Notes: a model not told the origin generated them from the letters alone. A DNA stretch of 64,000 bases from an uncultured Gemmatimonadales bacterium (GCA_963708135.1 OY970192.1:1312001-1376000), one strand, 5' to 3'. Shown: positions 40,005 to 51,684, numbered from the stretch's first letter. Numbers and translations are program-made.

Positions 40005-41716
40005 AGCACCTTCACCTCCGTGACGACGGCGCCCTGTGCGTCGAGCACGTGCACTCCGCAGGCGATGCACGGGTCGAAGGAGTGGACCGTGCGCAGGATC
40101 TCCAGCGGCTGGTCCGGCTTGACGAGCGGGTGGTTGTCCATGAGCGACAGCTCGTACGGCCCCGCCTGCCCCTTCGGATCCCGCGGCGACGCGTTCCACG
40201 TCGTCGGCACGACGCATTGGTAGCGCGAGATCTTGCCGTCCTTGATCTGCACCCAGTGCCCGAGCGCGCCGCGCGGCGCGTCCAGGTAACCGTAGCCCTG
40301 CGCCGTGGCCGGCCATGAGCTCGGATCCCACTTCGACGCGTCGAACGTCTTGGTGTCCCCGCTCTTGATCCGGTCCACCAGCTCGCCGTACCACTTGTTC
40401 ATGCGCCGCGCGAGCACGACGGTCTCGATGGCACGTGCGGCCGTTCGTCCTAGCGTCGAGAAGAGCGCCTCCGGCCCCACCTGCAGCTTGGTGAGTGCGG
40501 CATTCGTGAGTTCCTTCACCTCGGGATGCCCGACCGCATAGGCGACCAGCATGCGCGCCAGCGGACCAACCTCCATCACCTGCCCGTCGTAGCGCGGCGC
40601 CTTCATCCACGTGTACTTCTTCTCGTCCTGCAGGTAGGTCCACGGTGTGGGCGGGCCCGTGTACTTCGGCGTCGTCTCGCCCTCGTAGGGGTGCAGCCCG
40701 ACGTCTTCGCCGCCGCTGTACTCGTACCACGCGCTCGTGACGTACTCCTTCACCTTGTTCTGGTCGTACTCCACGATCTTGGAGAGGTCGCGGTTCAGGA
40801 TGATGCCCCGCGGCAGGTAGAGCGACTTCGGATCGTTGATGCTGCCCTCGGGGAACTCGCCGACCGACAGGTAGTTCTTGGCACCCCCGCCGATCGATGC
40901 CCACTCCTTGTAGAAGCCGGCGATGGCAACCAGGTCCGGCCAGTAGACCTCCTCGACGAAGCGCTGCGCCTTCTGGATCATGCCCTGTACGTCTGTCAGC
41001 CGTGCCGCGTTGATCGTCGCCGTGTCGTTCAGGTTGATGGCCGAGGCCATCCCGCCCACCAGGAAATTCGGGTGCGGGTTCTTGCCGCCGAAGATGGTAT
41101 GCAGCCGGATTACGTCCTTCTGCCAGTCCAGGGCCTCCAGGTAGTGCGCCGTGGCGAGGAGGTTCACCTCGGGCGGCAGCTTGTAGGCCGGATGACCCCA
41201 GTAGCCGTTGGCGAAGATCCCGAGCTGCCCGCTCGCGACGAACGTCTTCAGCCTGTTCTGCACCTCCGCGAAATAGGTCGCGGAGTTGTTCGGCCACGGC
41301 GAGATCGACTTGGCGATCGCCGACGTCTTGACCGGGTCCGCGGACAGCGCGCTCACCACGTCCACCCAGTCCAGCGCATGCAGGTGGTAGAAGTGGATCA
41401 CATGGTCCTGAATGAACTGCATACCGTGTACGAGGTTGCGGATCAGGTTGGCGTTCGGCGGGATCTCGATGCCGAGCGCATCCTCCACGGCCCGGCACGA
41501 CGCCACCGCGTGCACGACCGTGCACACGCCGCAGATGCGCTGCGTGAACGCCCACGCATCCCGCGGGTCGCGGTCCTGCAGGATCGTCTCGATCCCGCGG
41601 AACTGCGTGGACGACGCCCAGGCGTTCGCGATCTTCCCGTTCTCGGCCTGGGCCTCGATCCGGAGGTGCCCCTCGATGCGGGTGATCGGATCGACGACGA
41701 CCTTAGTTCTCGCCAT
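40001..41716 (-). CDS. hyaB: Group 1 [NiFe]-hydrogenase large subunit
   Basis: DPITRIEGH, RICGVC, SFDPCIACGVH plus cleavable C-terminal tail. Confidence 0.97.
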   Translation of the reverse strand: MARTKVVVDPITRIEGHLRIEAQAENGKIANAWASSTQFRGIETILQDRDPRDAWAFTQRICGVCTVVHAVASCRAVEDALGIEIPPNANLIRNLVHGMQFIQDHVIHFYHLHALDWVDVVSALSADPVKTSAIAKSISPWPNNSATYFAEVQNRLKTFVASGQLGIFANGYWGHPAYKLPPEVNLLATAHYLEALDWQKDVIRLHTIFGGKNPHPNFLVGGMASAINLNDTATINAARLTDVQGMIQKAQRFVEEVYWPDLVAIAGFYKEWASIGGGAKNYLSVGEFPEGSINDPKSLYLPRGIILNRDLSKIVEYDQNKVKEYVTSAWYEYSGGEDVGLHPYEGETTPKYTGPPTPWTYLQDEKKYTWMKAPRYDGQVMEVGPLARMLVAYAVGHPEVKELTNAALTKLQVGPEALFSTLGRTAARAIETVVLARRMNKWYGELVDRIKSGDTKTFDASKWDPSSWPATAQGYGYLDAPRGALGHWVQIKDGKISRYQCVVPTTWNASPRDPKGQAGPYELSLMDNHPLVKPDQPLEILRTVHSFDPCIACGVHVLDAQGAVVTEVKVL

Positions 41717-42860
41717 GCGGCACCTCCTCGCCCTTCGGAGCCTGATTCAGTATCGGAAGCTCGCCACGCCGCTTCTCGCGCGTCCGCTGGATCCCCGTCG
41801 CCGCCGCGTGCGCGGCTACGCCCGCCGTCGCGCCGATCGCCAGAGCGGCGCCCAGCGTGTCCGCGAAGCTCTCCACGCCGAGTCCCGCCACGTCCGGGAG
41901 GCGCCCGTAGAACGGCGTCATCGTGTCCCAGAAGTGCGGCTCGGTGCAGCCGATGCAGGGATGCCCCGCGCCGATCGGCCAGCTCGTGCGCGTGTTCCAC
42001 TGGAAGATCGGGCAGGGCGAGAACGTCGCCGGCCCCTTGCAGCCCACCTTGTACAGGCACCAGCCCTTGCGCGCTGCGTCATCGTCGAACGCCTCGACGT
42101 ACTGCCCGGCGTCGAAGTTGGCCCGCCGCGGGCACTGGTCGTGGATCCGCGCCCCGTACGCGAAGAGCGGCCGCCCCTGGCCATCCAGCTCCGGCAGCCG
42201 GTTGAAGGTGAGGAAGTGCACGACCGTCGCCGTCACGACATCCGCGATCGGTGGACAGCCCGCAATGTTTACCACCGGCTTGTCCTTGACGATGTCCTGC
42301 ACGCCCACGGCGCCTGTCGGATTCGGCCGGGCCGCCTGGACGCTGCCCCAGTGCGCGCACGCGCCCACCGCCACCACCGCCGCGGCTCCCGCCGCCGCCT
42401 CCTTGAGCAGGTCCTCGGCCGTGCGCCCCCCGATCGTCGTGTAGATCCCGTTCTCCTTCGTCGGGATCGACCCCGTCACGATCAGGATGTAGCCCCCCTT
42501 GTTCGCCTCCATCGACTTCATCATCGCGCCGTCCGCCTGCAGCCCGGCCGCCGCCATGATCGTCTCCTGGTAGTCCAGCGAAATGACGTCCAGCACCAGG
42601 TCACCGATCGTCGGCGCATCCGACCGCAGCACGCTCTCCGTGCACCCGGTGCACTCCTGCAGGGACAGCCAGATGACGGTCGGGCGCTTCACCGCGGCCA
42701 GCGCACGCGCCATCTTCGGCGTGGCCAGCTCGCTCAGCCCGAGGATCACCGCGAACTCCCCGCAGAACGCGAGAAAGTCCCGTCGGCTTACGCCCCGCTT
42801 CTTGAGGTAGGCGCCCAGGGTTTCCCCTTCGGCCCACGGCTCGGGGTTCGGGAAGTACAT
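41703..42860 (-). CDS. hyaA: Group 1 [NiFe]-hydrogenase small subunit (Tat, membrane-anchored)
   Basis: SRRDFL; ECTGC; GCPP; HDQC; CLYKVGCKGP; HPCIGC; C-terminal TM. Confidence 0.96.
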   Translation of the reverse strand: MYFPNPEPWAEGETLGAYLKKRGVSRRDFLAFCGEFAVILGLSELATPKMARALAAVKRPTVIWLSLQECTGCTESVLRSDAPTIGDLVLDVISLDYQETIMAAAGLQADGAMMKSMEANKGGYILIVTGSIPTKENGIYTTIGGRTAEDLLKEAAAGAAAVVAVGACAHWGSVQAARPNPTGAVGVQDIVKDKPVVNIAGCPPIADVVTATVVHFLTFNRLPELDGQGRPLFAYGARIHDQCPRRANFDAGQYVEAFDDDAARKGWCLYKVGCKGPATFSPCPIFQWNTRTSWPIGAGHPCIGCTEPHFWDTMTPFYGRLPDVAGLGVESFADTLGAALAIGATAGVAAHAAATGIQRTREKRRGELPILNQAPKGEEVPHGEN

Positions 42861-42884
42861 TGGCAGCCTCTCCGGTTGCTCTGC

Positions 42885-43211
42885 TCAGGGAAGGAACTTC
42901 AGGACCGTCTGCCCGCCTGCCTGCGCCACGCGCACCGCCTCATCCCGGCCCCCGGCGCCCGACAGCACGTCCACCGCCGTGGGCGCGCTCACGCTTCTCG
43001 TCAGGTGCGCCTCCACGCTCGCCAGCGCCCCCAGCATGATCTCCACGCGGTCATCCCGCGGATCGTACGCGACCCCGCGCAGCGCCAGCCCGTGTACCTC
43101 CTCCTGCGCGCCCACCTCGGGGTCGTCCACCTCGAGGAACGTGCGCCGGCCCGCGTTGCGCTTCGTGAACTCCTCCAGCTCTCTCCGCCACATTGCCGTT
43201 TCGGCCCTCAT
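42885..43211 (-). CDS. Small hypothetical protein (DUF5335-like) heading the hydrogenase operon
   Basis: RBS GGGAG; W..EL..F..RN.GR...LEV....GAQ.E....LRGV.YD...HLT pattern. Confidence 0.6.
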   Translation of the reverse strand: MRAETAMWRRELEEFTKRNAGRRTFLEVDDPEVGAQEEVHGLALRGVAYDPRDDRVEIMLGALASVEAHLTRSVSAPTAVDVLSGAGGRDEAVRVAQAGGQTVLKFLP

Positions 43212-43660
43212 GGCCCGACTCCCGTTGGGGGGGTGCGGAGCATTCTCCCTGAACAACGCGTACCAATCCGCGACGCGCCCGGAGGCCTGCCCAGATTCGC
43301 GGGAAACCCGCGCCGTTACGCGAAAAGTGATCTGCCCGGCCCGCGTCCTCGCCGCGCCGGGGACATTCGGCCTCACGCCATCCTGTCCCAGGGCTGGGGC
43401 GGTGTGACCAAAGGCGACCCGGGCGCGGGCGGACGCGCGCCGGCCCCCGATTGGGACTAAGTGTCCGCAGCCGCCGTGGCGGGGCGCCGGCCGACGCCTC
43501 GCGCGCAACCTCGTAACCGTTGGCGCTGGCAGGGAATGCGGCAGGGGGACCTCGCGCGCCGCGTCGGGGCATGCATCTCGTACCAATGCGCGGCGGGGGT
43601 GCCGGCGCGAAGTGGCGCCTCGCTCCCCGGAGCGAACGGATCATGGGCAAGGAGGAGCAG

Positions 43661-44608
43661 ATGTCCACGATGGAGCTCCTGGCCGCAGAAGCGGCGGTCG
43701 CGGCGGAGCCGCCGGCCCTCCCGGAGGTGGCGGTGGGGCACGTGCTCGTGGGCAGCGACGGGTCGGCGGCGGCGGAGGCCGCGCTGCGCGTTGCGGCGGC
43801 GCTCTCGACCGAGCGCGGCGCGGAGATCGAGGTGCTCACGGTGCTCGAGCCGCTGCCGGTGTACGAGGGCGGCTACGTCCCGGCGTTGCCGTACGGCGAG
43901 ATCGATGAAGCCCGCGAGCGGGAGCGGAGCGCGCGGGTGCGGAAGCAGCTCCTGGCCCTCGGCGAGGTGGACTCCGACTGGCCGCTGGAGCTCGGGCGCG
44001 GGCGGGCCGCGGAGACGTTGGCGGCGCGGGCGGTGGCTTCCGGCGCGCGTCTGGTGGTGGTCGGGATCGGCCGGCACCGGCCGGTGGATCGGCTCCTGGG
44101 AAGCGAGACGGCGCTGCAGCTGGTGCGGCGCTCGCCGGTCCCCGTCCTGGCGGTGCACCCGTCCGCGCCAGCGCTTCCTCGGCGCGTGCTGGTCGGGACG
44201 GACTTCAGCGCGTCGAGCGGTCGCGCGCTGCGAGTCGCGCTGTCCCTGATGGGCGCGGGGGGCGAGCTCGACGTGGTGCACGTTCAGCCGGCGGTCGAGC
44301 TGCCGGGAGAGGCGGAACGGGACTGGACGGTGGGCTATGCCCGCGAGATCGACGCGCAGTTCGCTCGCCTTCTCGCCAGCCTGCAACTGCCGCGCGGGGT
44401 GCGGGTGCGTACCGAGCGGGTGGAGGGAGATCCAGCCGCACAGCTGATGGCCCATGCCGAGCGGATGGGCGCGGACCTCGTGGCGGTCGGCAGCCATGGC
44501 CGCTCGTACCTCGAGCGGCTGCTCGTGGGAAGCGTCGCCACCCGGGTGCTGCGCTCCTCGCACACGTCCGTGCTCGTAGCCCCGCCGGAGGTCGCGCCCG
44601 CGGCGTGA
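43661..44608 (+). CDS. Tandem universal stress protein
   Basis: Two Usp domains (VLVGSDGS...LGS; VLVGTDFS...GSHG...VGSVA); RBS AAGGAGGAG. Confidence 0.92.
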   Translation: MSTMELLAAEAAVAAEPPALPEVAVGHVLVGSDGSAAAEAALRVAAALSTERGAEIEVLTVLEPLPVYEGGYVPALPYGEIDEARERERSARVRKQLLALGEVDSDWPLELGRGRAAETLAARAVASGARLVVVGIGRHRPVDRLLGSETALQLVRRSPVPVLAVHPSAPALPRRVLVGTDFSASSGRALRVALSLMGAGGELDVVHVQPAVELPGEAERDWTVGYAREIDAQFARLLASLQLPRGVRVRTERVEGDPAAQLMAHAERMGADLVAVGSHGRSYLERLLVGSVATRVLRSSHTSVLVAPPEVAPAA

Positions 44609-44640
44609 CGGCGGGCGAGCCCCGACATGGGCGGACGGCG

Positions 44641-44847
44641 TCAGCGCTCGTCTTCGGCCGCCCGGTTGAGCGCGCCCAGGAGCGTGATGGCGTCCGCGCC
44701 GTCGCGCTCCGCCGCCTGCGCGATGCTGGCTTCGCCGCCGCAGCACGCGTCGATTCCGAACTGGTTGAAGATCGCCACCGTGTCCGGGAACAGGCGGATC
44801 GCCTTGTTCACCGACATCGTGGGCGGGATCAGGATCTGGACCTCCAT
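44641..44847 (-). CDS. Stand-alone DUF542/ScdA_N (RIC N-terminal-like) protein
   Basis: FGIDACCGG motif; RBS GGAGGAGGAG; 68 aa. Confidence 0.8.
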   Translation of the reverse strand: MEVQILIPPTMSVNKAIRLFPDTVAIFNQFGIDACCGGEASIAQAAERDGADAITLLGALNRAAEDER

Positions 44848-44908
44848 CAGCTCCTCCTCCGCTCGCGAGCGGCAGGTGTAGGAATTTCGTTGCACGCGAC
44901 GACCCCCT

Positions 44909-45403
44909 TCAGCCACCCCTCGCCAGCCGCACGGCGGCGATGACCAGCACCAGCCCGACCACCACGTTGATGCGCGCCGTCCACGCCGCCTGCCGCCGCA
45001 GCGCCTGCGCCCGGGCCGAGCCCGGCTGCAGCGCCGAGGCCGCCGGGCCGATCGCGAAATCGTGGACCGCCTGCGCCACGAGCATCACGAGGACGCAGCC
45101 CAGCTTCCAGGCGAGCGCGGTCCCGAAAGGCGTGCCCCAGAACCGCGTCGAGCCGAGCACGCTCCAGGACAGCACGCCGCGGAAGTAGAGGTTCCCCACG
45201 CCCGTCACCAGCAGCACCGCGAGCGCGCTCCAGCCCGCGACCCGGAACTGGCGCCCGAGCCTGCGGAACAACTCCGCCCGCAGCGCCGGCGGCTCGACCG
45301 CCCGCAGCACCGGGGCGCCCACGACGGCGAGGAAGAAGATCCCGCCCAGCCAGAACAGCGCGGCCAGCACGTGCAGCGTCACGTTCAGGTAGTACGGCGA
45401 CAC
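44909..45403 (-). CDS. CopD/DUF4149-like 4-TM membrane protein
   Basis: LHVLAALFWLGG; LLVTG; KL...HDF. Confidence 0.75.
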   Translation of the reverse strand: MSPYYLNVTLHVLAALFWLGGIFFLAVVGAPVLRAVEPPALRAELFRRLGRQFRVAGWSALAVLLVTGVGNLYFRGVLSWSVLGSTRFWGTPFGTALAWKLGCVLVMLVAQAVHDFAIGPAASALQPGSARAQALRRQAAWTARINVVVGLVLVIAAVRLARGG

Positions 45404-45779
45404 GTCGGGTCACGTCCGGTTCCGGGTGCGAGCAGGGGCGGCGCCATCGCGGGACCGGTCCGCGACCGTCCCCGACTGGAGAGGAAGCTACGTGCGGCAA
45501 GGGACCGGCTCTGTGGGGAGTCCACGGCATCCAGGGACCGGCAAGGGAGGAAAACGGTGTGGGGAAAACTCCGACGCGAGCGTCTTGCGCCGCCCCGGGC
45601 AGAGCCGCGCCACCCACGCGGTGCAGCATCCTAAGCGCTGTGACCACAGTCAGTTGCATCGGACCGCGGGGGCTTCGACGGAACGTCCCTTGCACCAATC
45701 GGGTGGGAGAGAGATTTCCGGCCGCTGCCGCACGCCCGCGGCCCCGGCCGTGGCAGCATCGAGTCCGGAGGAGGCCCCC

Positions 45780-46052
45780 ATGGACGATGGCGCAAACCGC
45801 TGCCCGTCGGGTCTGGATCTCTTCTGGGAGCAGGCGGACGCGGAGGCGCTCGGCGAGCACCCGCTTCAGCGCGAGCTGGACCACCGGGTGGACGCGCTGG
45901 CGCGCTACCGGGCGATGATCGTGGAGGCCCATGCGTCGGGCCGGGAGCACCTGGCCACACTGCTAAAGGCCGAGCACGACCGCGAACAGTCGCTCGCGCG
46001 GCGGCTCCGGCACGAGCTCGCCCGGCTGCGTCGTGGGGACGGTGCGGCGTGA
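45780..46052 (+). CDS. Small helical hypothetical protein
   Basis: RBS GGAGGAGG; 90 aa, two-helix Glu/His-rich pattern. Confidence 0.55.
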   Translation: MDDGANRCPSGLDLFWEQADAEALGEHPLQRELDHRVDALARYRAMIVEAHASGREHLATLLKAEHDREQSLARRLRHELARLRRGDGAA

Positions 46053-46080
46053 CGTTTTCCGCGAAAGCAAACAGATGTGC

Positions 46081-46109
46081 TTGACACGCCCCCACGCCCC
46101 GCCTAGCAT
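46081..46109 (+). promoter_or_regulatory. Sigma70 promoter of tRNA-Gln
   Basis: TTGACA-17 nt-TAGCAT. Confidence 0.75.
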
Positions 46110-46122
46110 TTCCAGACACCTC

Positions 46123-46195
46123 TGCCCCTTGGTGTAATTGGCAACACGCCTGACTCTGGATCAGGAGAGTCCTGGTTCGACCCCAGGAGGGGCAA
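46123..46195 (+). tRNA. tRNA-Gln(CTG), CCA not encoded
   Basis: Acceptor TGCCCCT/AGGGGCA; anticodon arm CCTGA-CTCTGGA-TCAGG; T-loop GTTCGA. Confidence 0.95.
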
Positions 46196-46420
46196 CTTCA
46201 CGCACGGACCGCCGCGGAGGCCCCCCGGCCGCCGTGCCCGCGCCCGGCTCACGACAGCCTCGCCGGGAGAAGCCGGTCTCCACACCGTCATCCAGAGCGG
46301 GTCCAGGAGCGACGCGAGATCCCCTCGGCCCGTCCGACCCGGCCTGAGCGGCCGCGGGTCGTTGCGCGATTGCAGGAGGCCCGGCGCCGGCCGGGCGCTC
46401 TCACCGAAGCAACGGAGGCG

Positions 46421-47095
46421 ATGATGGCGGAGCCGTTGACCAAGCTGGAGCGGCGGATCCTGGACTACCTCGTCGATTATCTCCGTCGCAACACCTACCA
46501 GCCGTCCATCCGCGAGATCGGGCGGCGGTTCGACATCAAGAGCACGAAGACGGTCTCCGAGTACCTGCAGGCGCTGGCGGACAAGGGGTGGATCGAGCGC
46601 GACCCGTCGCGCTCGCGCGGCGTTAAGCTGCTCGGCCTGGACCTCCACCCGCAGACGGTGACGGTCCCGCTCTACGCCGCCCATGCCGGCGGTGACGGGG
46701 CGGGGGGTCCGGGGGCGCTGGACGAGCTCGAGCTCGACCGCAGGCTGGCCGGCTCGACCGGCACGTTCTGCGTCGTCATGCGGGGTGACGCGCTGGAGGA
46801 TGCGGGCATCCGCAGCGGGGATCTGCTGCTGGTCGAGCCGGTGGCGCGCGAGGAACTGGAGGACGGCGATGTGGCCGTCCTGCGGATCGCCGGCGAGCTG
46901 GGCGTGCGGCGCTGCTCCCGGCGCGACGGGGCGGTGGTGCTGGAGGCGGCCCGGGCGGGGCAGCCGGGCACGCTGGTTCAGCGCTCCGCGGAGACGACGG
47001 TGCTCGGGCGGGCGACGGGCGTGCTCCGGCGCCTGCGCCAGCCGCTGGCCGCGTCGCCCGCGTCGCCCGTCGCCGGCGCGGAGGCGCCTCGCTGA
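46421..47095 (+). CDS. lexA: LexA-like repressor with degenerate S24 peptidase domain
   Basis: PSIREIG...L..L..KG.I.R...SRG winged HTH; GDAL in place of GDSM; GVRR in place of TVKR. Confidence 0.85.
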   Translation: MMAEPLTKLERRILDYLVDYLRRNTYQPSIREIGRRFDIKSTKTVSEYLQALADKGWIERDPSRSRGVKLLGLDLHPQTVTVPLYAAHAGGDGAGGPGALDELELDRRLAGSTGTFCVVMRGDALEDAGIRSGDLLLVEPVAREELEDGDVAVLRIAGELGVRRCSRRDGAVVLEAARAGQPGTLVQRSAETTVLGRATGVLRRLRQPLAASPASPVAGAEAPR

Positions 47096-47098
47096 CGC

Positions 47099-47572
47099 GT
47101 GCTGTGCCTCCCCGAGGCGCCGCTCCCGGAGGATGCGGCGTGGATGCGGCGGGCGCTGGAGGAGGCCCGTACGGCCGCCGTGGCGGATGAGGTGCCGGTC
47201 GGCGCCGTGCTCGTGGCGGATGGACGGGTGCTGGCGGCGGCACACAACCGGACGCGCACCCGTAACGATCCCACCGCGCACGCCGAGATGGAGGTGATGC
47301 GTCGTGCCGGCGAGGTGCTCGGCGGGTGGCGCCTCCTGGAGGCCACGCTCTACGTCACGCTGGAGCCGTGCGCAATGTGCGCCGGCGCGCTCGTGCTCGC
47401 CCGCATTCCCCGCCTCGTCTACGCCGCGCCGGACCCGAAGGCCGGCATGTGCGGCTCCCTCGGCTGCATCATCCAGGACGCGCGGCTCAACCATGGCGTC
47501 CGCCTCACAGCCGGCGTTCTTGCCGAGGAGGCCGGCGCGCTCCTGCGGGACTTCTTCCGGGCGCGGCGCTGA
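47099..47572 (+). CDS. tadA: tRNA adenosine(34) deaminase
   Basis: EVPVGA, DPTAHAE, TLEPCAMC, FFRARR. Confidence 0.93.
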   Translation: MLCLPEAPLPEDAAWMRRALEEARTAAVADEVPVGAVLVADGRVLAAAHNRTRTRNDPTAHAEMEVMRRAGEVLGGWRLLEATLYVTLEPCAMCAGALVLARIPRLVYAAPDPKAGMCGSLGCIIQDARLNHGVRLTAGVLAEEAGALLRDFFRARR

Positions 47573-48504
47573 TGCGGGTGCTCGTGGCCGCCTCGCTCGC
47601 CCCGTTCCTCGCGGAGGTGGAGCCGCCGGCCGACATCGCCGTCGAGCTTCTCGGCGACGATGCTCCGCTGCCCGCCGGCGACTACGCCGGCATCCTGCCG
47701 CTTCTCACGCGCCGTCTCGGAGCGGAGGAGCTCGCGCGCCTTCCCCGACTGCGCGTCATCGCCAACTACGCCGTGGGCTACGACAACGTGGATGTGGCGG
47801 CCGCCCGCGCGTGCGGCGTGGGGGTGTCGAACACGCCCGATGTGCTCACCGCCGCGACGGCGGAGCTGACCTGGGCGTTGATCCTGGCCGCGGCGCGGCG
47901 GCTCGGGGAGGGGGAGCGTCTCGCGCGCAGCGGGCAGTGGGGCGGCTGGGCGCCGACGGAGCTCCTCGGGATGGGGCTCTCCGGCAAGCTGCTCGGGATC
48001 GTCGGAGCCGGCCGCATCGGCCGCGAGGTGGGCGTGCGCGCGAGGGCGTTCGGCATGCGCGTCGCCTACTGCAGCCGGAGCCGCCCGGATGCGTGGGAGC
48101 GTGAGACCGGCGCGGTCCGGCGGAGCCTCGAGGCGCTGCTGGCCGAGGCGGACGTGTTGACGCTCCACGTGGCGCTCGCGCCGGAGACCGCCGGGCTGAT
48201 CGACCGCGCGGCCCTGGCGCGCATGAAGCCCGGCGCGATCCTGATCAACACCGCCCGGGGCGGGATCGTGGACGAGGACGCCCTTGGCGTGGCGCTCGCG
48301 AGCGGCCGGCTCCGTGCGGCGGGGCTGGACGTCTACACCGCCGAGCCGCGCATCCCGGATGCGCTGCGCCGCCTGGAGAGCGTCGTGCTGCTCCCGCACA
48401 TCGGCAGCGCGACCGAGGAGGCGCGGCGCGGAATGTTCCGCGTCGCCTGGGAAAATCTGCTGCGGGGAGCTCGCGGCGAGCCGCTGCTGAACCCCGTCCC
48501 CTGA
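47572..48504 (+). CDS. D-2-hydroxyacid dehydrogenase (glyoxylate reductase-like)
   Basis: AVGYDNVD, GAGRIG, INTARG, GLDV, PHIGSA. Confidence 0.92.
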   Translation: MRVLVAASLAPFLAEVEPPADIAVELLGDDAPLPAGDYAGILPLLTRRLGAEELARLPRLRVIANYAVGYDNVDVAAARACGVGVSNTPDVLTAATAELTWALILAAARRLGEGERLARSGQWGGWAPTELLGMGLSGKLLGIVGAGRIGREVGVRARAFGMRVAYCSRSRPDAWERETGAVRRSLEALLAEADVLTLHVALAPETAGLIDRAALARMKPGAILINTARGGIVDEDALGVALASGRLRAAGLDVYTAEPRIPDALRRLESVVLLPHIGSATEEARRGMFRVAWENLLRGARGEPLLNPVP

Positions 48505-48524
48505 AGGCGAGAAGGGAGGCCCGC

Positions 48525-48953
48525 GTGGCCGCGACGCACCCACCGATGGGCGGCCTGCACGAGGCCGCCCTCTACGTTTCCGATCTGGAGCGGGCCGAGC
48601 GTTTCTGGACCCGTCTCGGGCTGCCGCTCGTGGGCCGCGCGCGCGGACGGCACGTGTTCCTCCGGGCGGGCGCGGACCTGCTGCTCCTGTTCGATCCCCG
48701 CGCCACCATGCTCGTGGGCGTGGTGGGCAGCCCGGCCGGGCAGGCGCCGCCGCACGGGGCGGTGGGACAGGGCCACGTCGCCTTCGACGTGCAGGGCGAG
48801 GAGGCGCTCCAGGCGTGGCGCCGGCACCTGGCGGATGCGCTCGTCCCGATCGAGACGGAATTGTATTGGCCAGGTGGTGGAACGTCCCTCTACTTCCGCG
48901 ACCCGGACGGCAACAGCATCGAGCTGATTACGCGCGGGACCTGGGGGTTCTGA
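48525..48953 (+). CDS. VOC/glyoxalase family protein
   Basis: EAALYV.DL, HVAF, YFRDPDGNSIEL. Confidence 0.9.
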   Translation: MAATHPPMGGLHEAALYVSDLERAERFWTRLGLPLVGRARGRHVFLRAGADLLLLFDPRATMLVGVVGSPAGQAPPHGAVGQGHVAFDVQGEEALQAWRRHLADALVPIETELYWPGGGTSLYFRDPDGNSIELITRGTWGF

Positions 48954-49071
48954 GCCCCGTCACCGTGCGGCCCCCGGGGCGCGGCGCTCGCACGCGCCTT
49001 GCACGTGCGCAAGCGGGTCGGCGCCTCTCGCGCCGTGCCTCCGAGCGCTGCCAATCCGGGAGGAGGATGAT

Positions 49072-49284
49072 ATGATCGGAACGATTGCCACCGTGGCCGG
49101 CTATGCCAGGGCCCCGAAGACCACCTTCATCGTGAGGCATCCGGTGCGCGCCATGGAGATCATGGCCGTCCGGCGGAAGGTGAGGCACACGGTCTCTTCA
49201 CCGGCGTTCCTCGCCGGAGTCGGTGCCGCAGCGCTGGTCGTGCCGGTCGGCCTGTGGCTACGCCGCCGCGCCAACCACGGCTGA
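49072..49284 (+). CDS. Small hypothetical protein with C-terminal TM
   Basis: RBS GGAGGAGG; 70 aa. Confidence 0.6.
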   Translation: MIGTIATVAGYARAPKTTFIVRHPVRAMEIMAVRRKVRHTVSSPAFLAGVGAAALVVPVGLWLRRRANHG

Positions 49285-49388
49285 TCCGGTCCCGCCCGTG
49301 CCCGAGGCGGGTCCGACTGGCCGGGGCCGGAGGGTGGAGTCTCCCTCCGGCCCTCGCGCGGGCGCCGTGACGCGGGTGCGCGGGCGCC

Positions 49389-50942
<1,554 letters not shown>

Positions 50943-51123
50943 CAATGCGTTCGCTCCCGAGAATTGGCAGGCGGTGGGTTCGGCCGAAAGTAAGAGCGGG
51001 CCGGGGGGCTGTAAAGCGCGCCGCCATCGCCGCGTTCGGGGCCGCGCGGTCCGTTGACACGCCGTGGCCCCGCGGCTAGTCTTCCCGGCGAGTCTTCCAC
51101 CCCGCCCCGTGCCCCCGGGCTCG

Positions 51124-51684
51124 ATGAACGAATCCCGCGGACAACTCCTGATGGACGACCGCGCCGTCGAGCGCGCGATCGCGCGCATGGCGCGCGAGAT
51201 CGTGGAGCGGAACCACGGCGTGGAGGGCCTGGCGCTTCTCGGCATCCACCGCCGCGGCGTGCACCTGGCCGACCGCATCGCCGAGGAGATCGAGACGGCG
51301 GAAGGGCAGCGTCCGGCCGCCGGCTGGCTCGACATCACTCTCTACCGCGACGACCTCATGGCGATCGGGCCCCGGCCCGTCGTGGGCGAGACGCGACTGC
51401 CGGAGGGCGGCATCAACGGCCGGACCGTCGTGATCGTGGACGACGTCTGCTACACGGGCCGGACGGTACGGGCGGCGCTCGACGAGCTGGCGGATTTCGG
51501 CCGCCCGGCGCGCACGTATCTGGCGGTGCTCATCGACCGCGGCGGCCGCGAGCTGCCGATCCAGCCGGACATCGTCGGCCTGCGCGTGGAGGCGGGGCCG
51601 GGCGAGCGCGTGGACGTGCTCGTGCCCGAGCTCGACGGCCGCCTCGCCGTCGAGCTCGTGCCGCGCGCAACGAACGGAGCGTGA
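51124..51684 (+). CDS. pyrR: Pyrimidine operon regulator/UPRTase
   Basis: [34 protein letters not shown]. Confidence 0.93.
   Translation: MNESRGQLLMDDRAVERAIARMAREIVERNHGVEGLALLGIHRRGVHLADRIAEEIETAEGQRPAAGWLDITLYRDDLMAIGPRPVVGETRLPEGGINGRTVVIVDDVCYTGRTVRAALDELADFGRPARTYLAVLIDRGGRELPIQPDIVGLRVEAGPGERVDVLVPELDGRLAVELVPRATNGA

Noticed and set aside
46123..46195. tRNA-Gln as integration site of the MHC/hydrogenase region
   Set aside because: No integrase, no duplicated tRNA 3' end seen, and the accessory region lies on the 5' side
50943..51123. PyrR-binding attenuator leader
   Set aside because: No recognisable AGUCCAGAGAGGCU-type motif or U-tailed terminator
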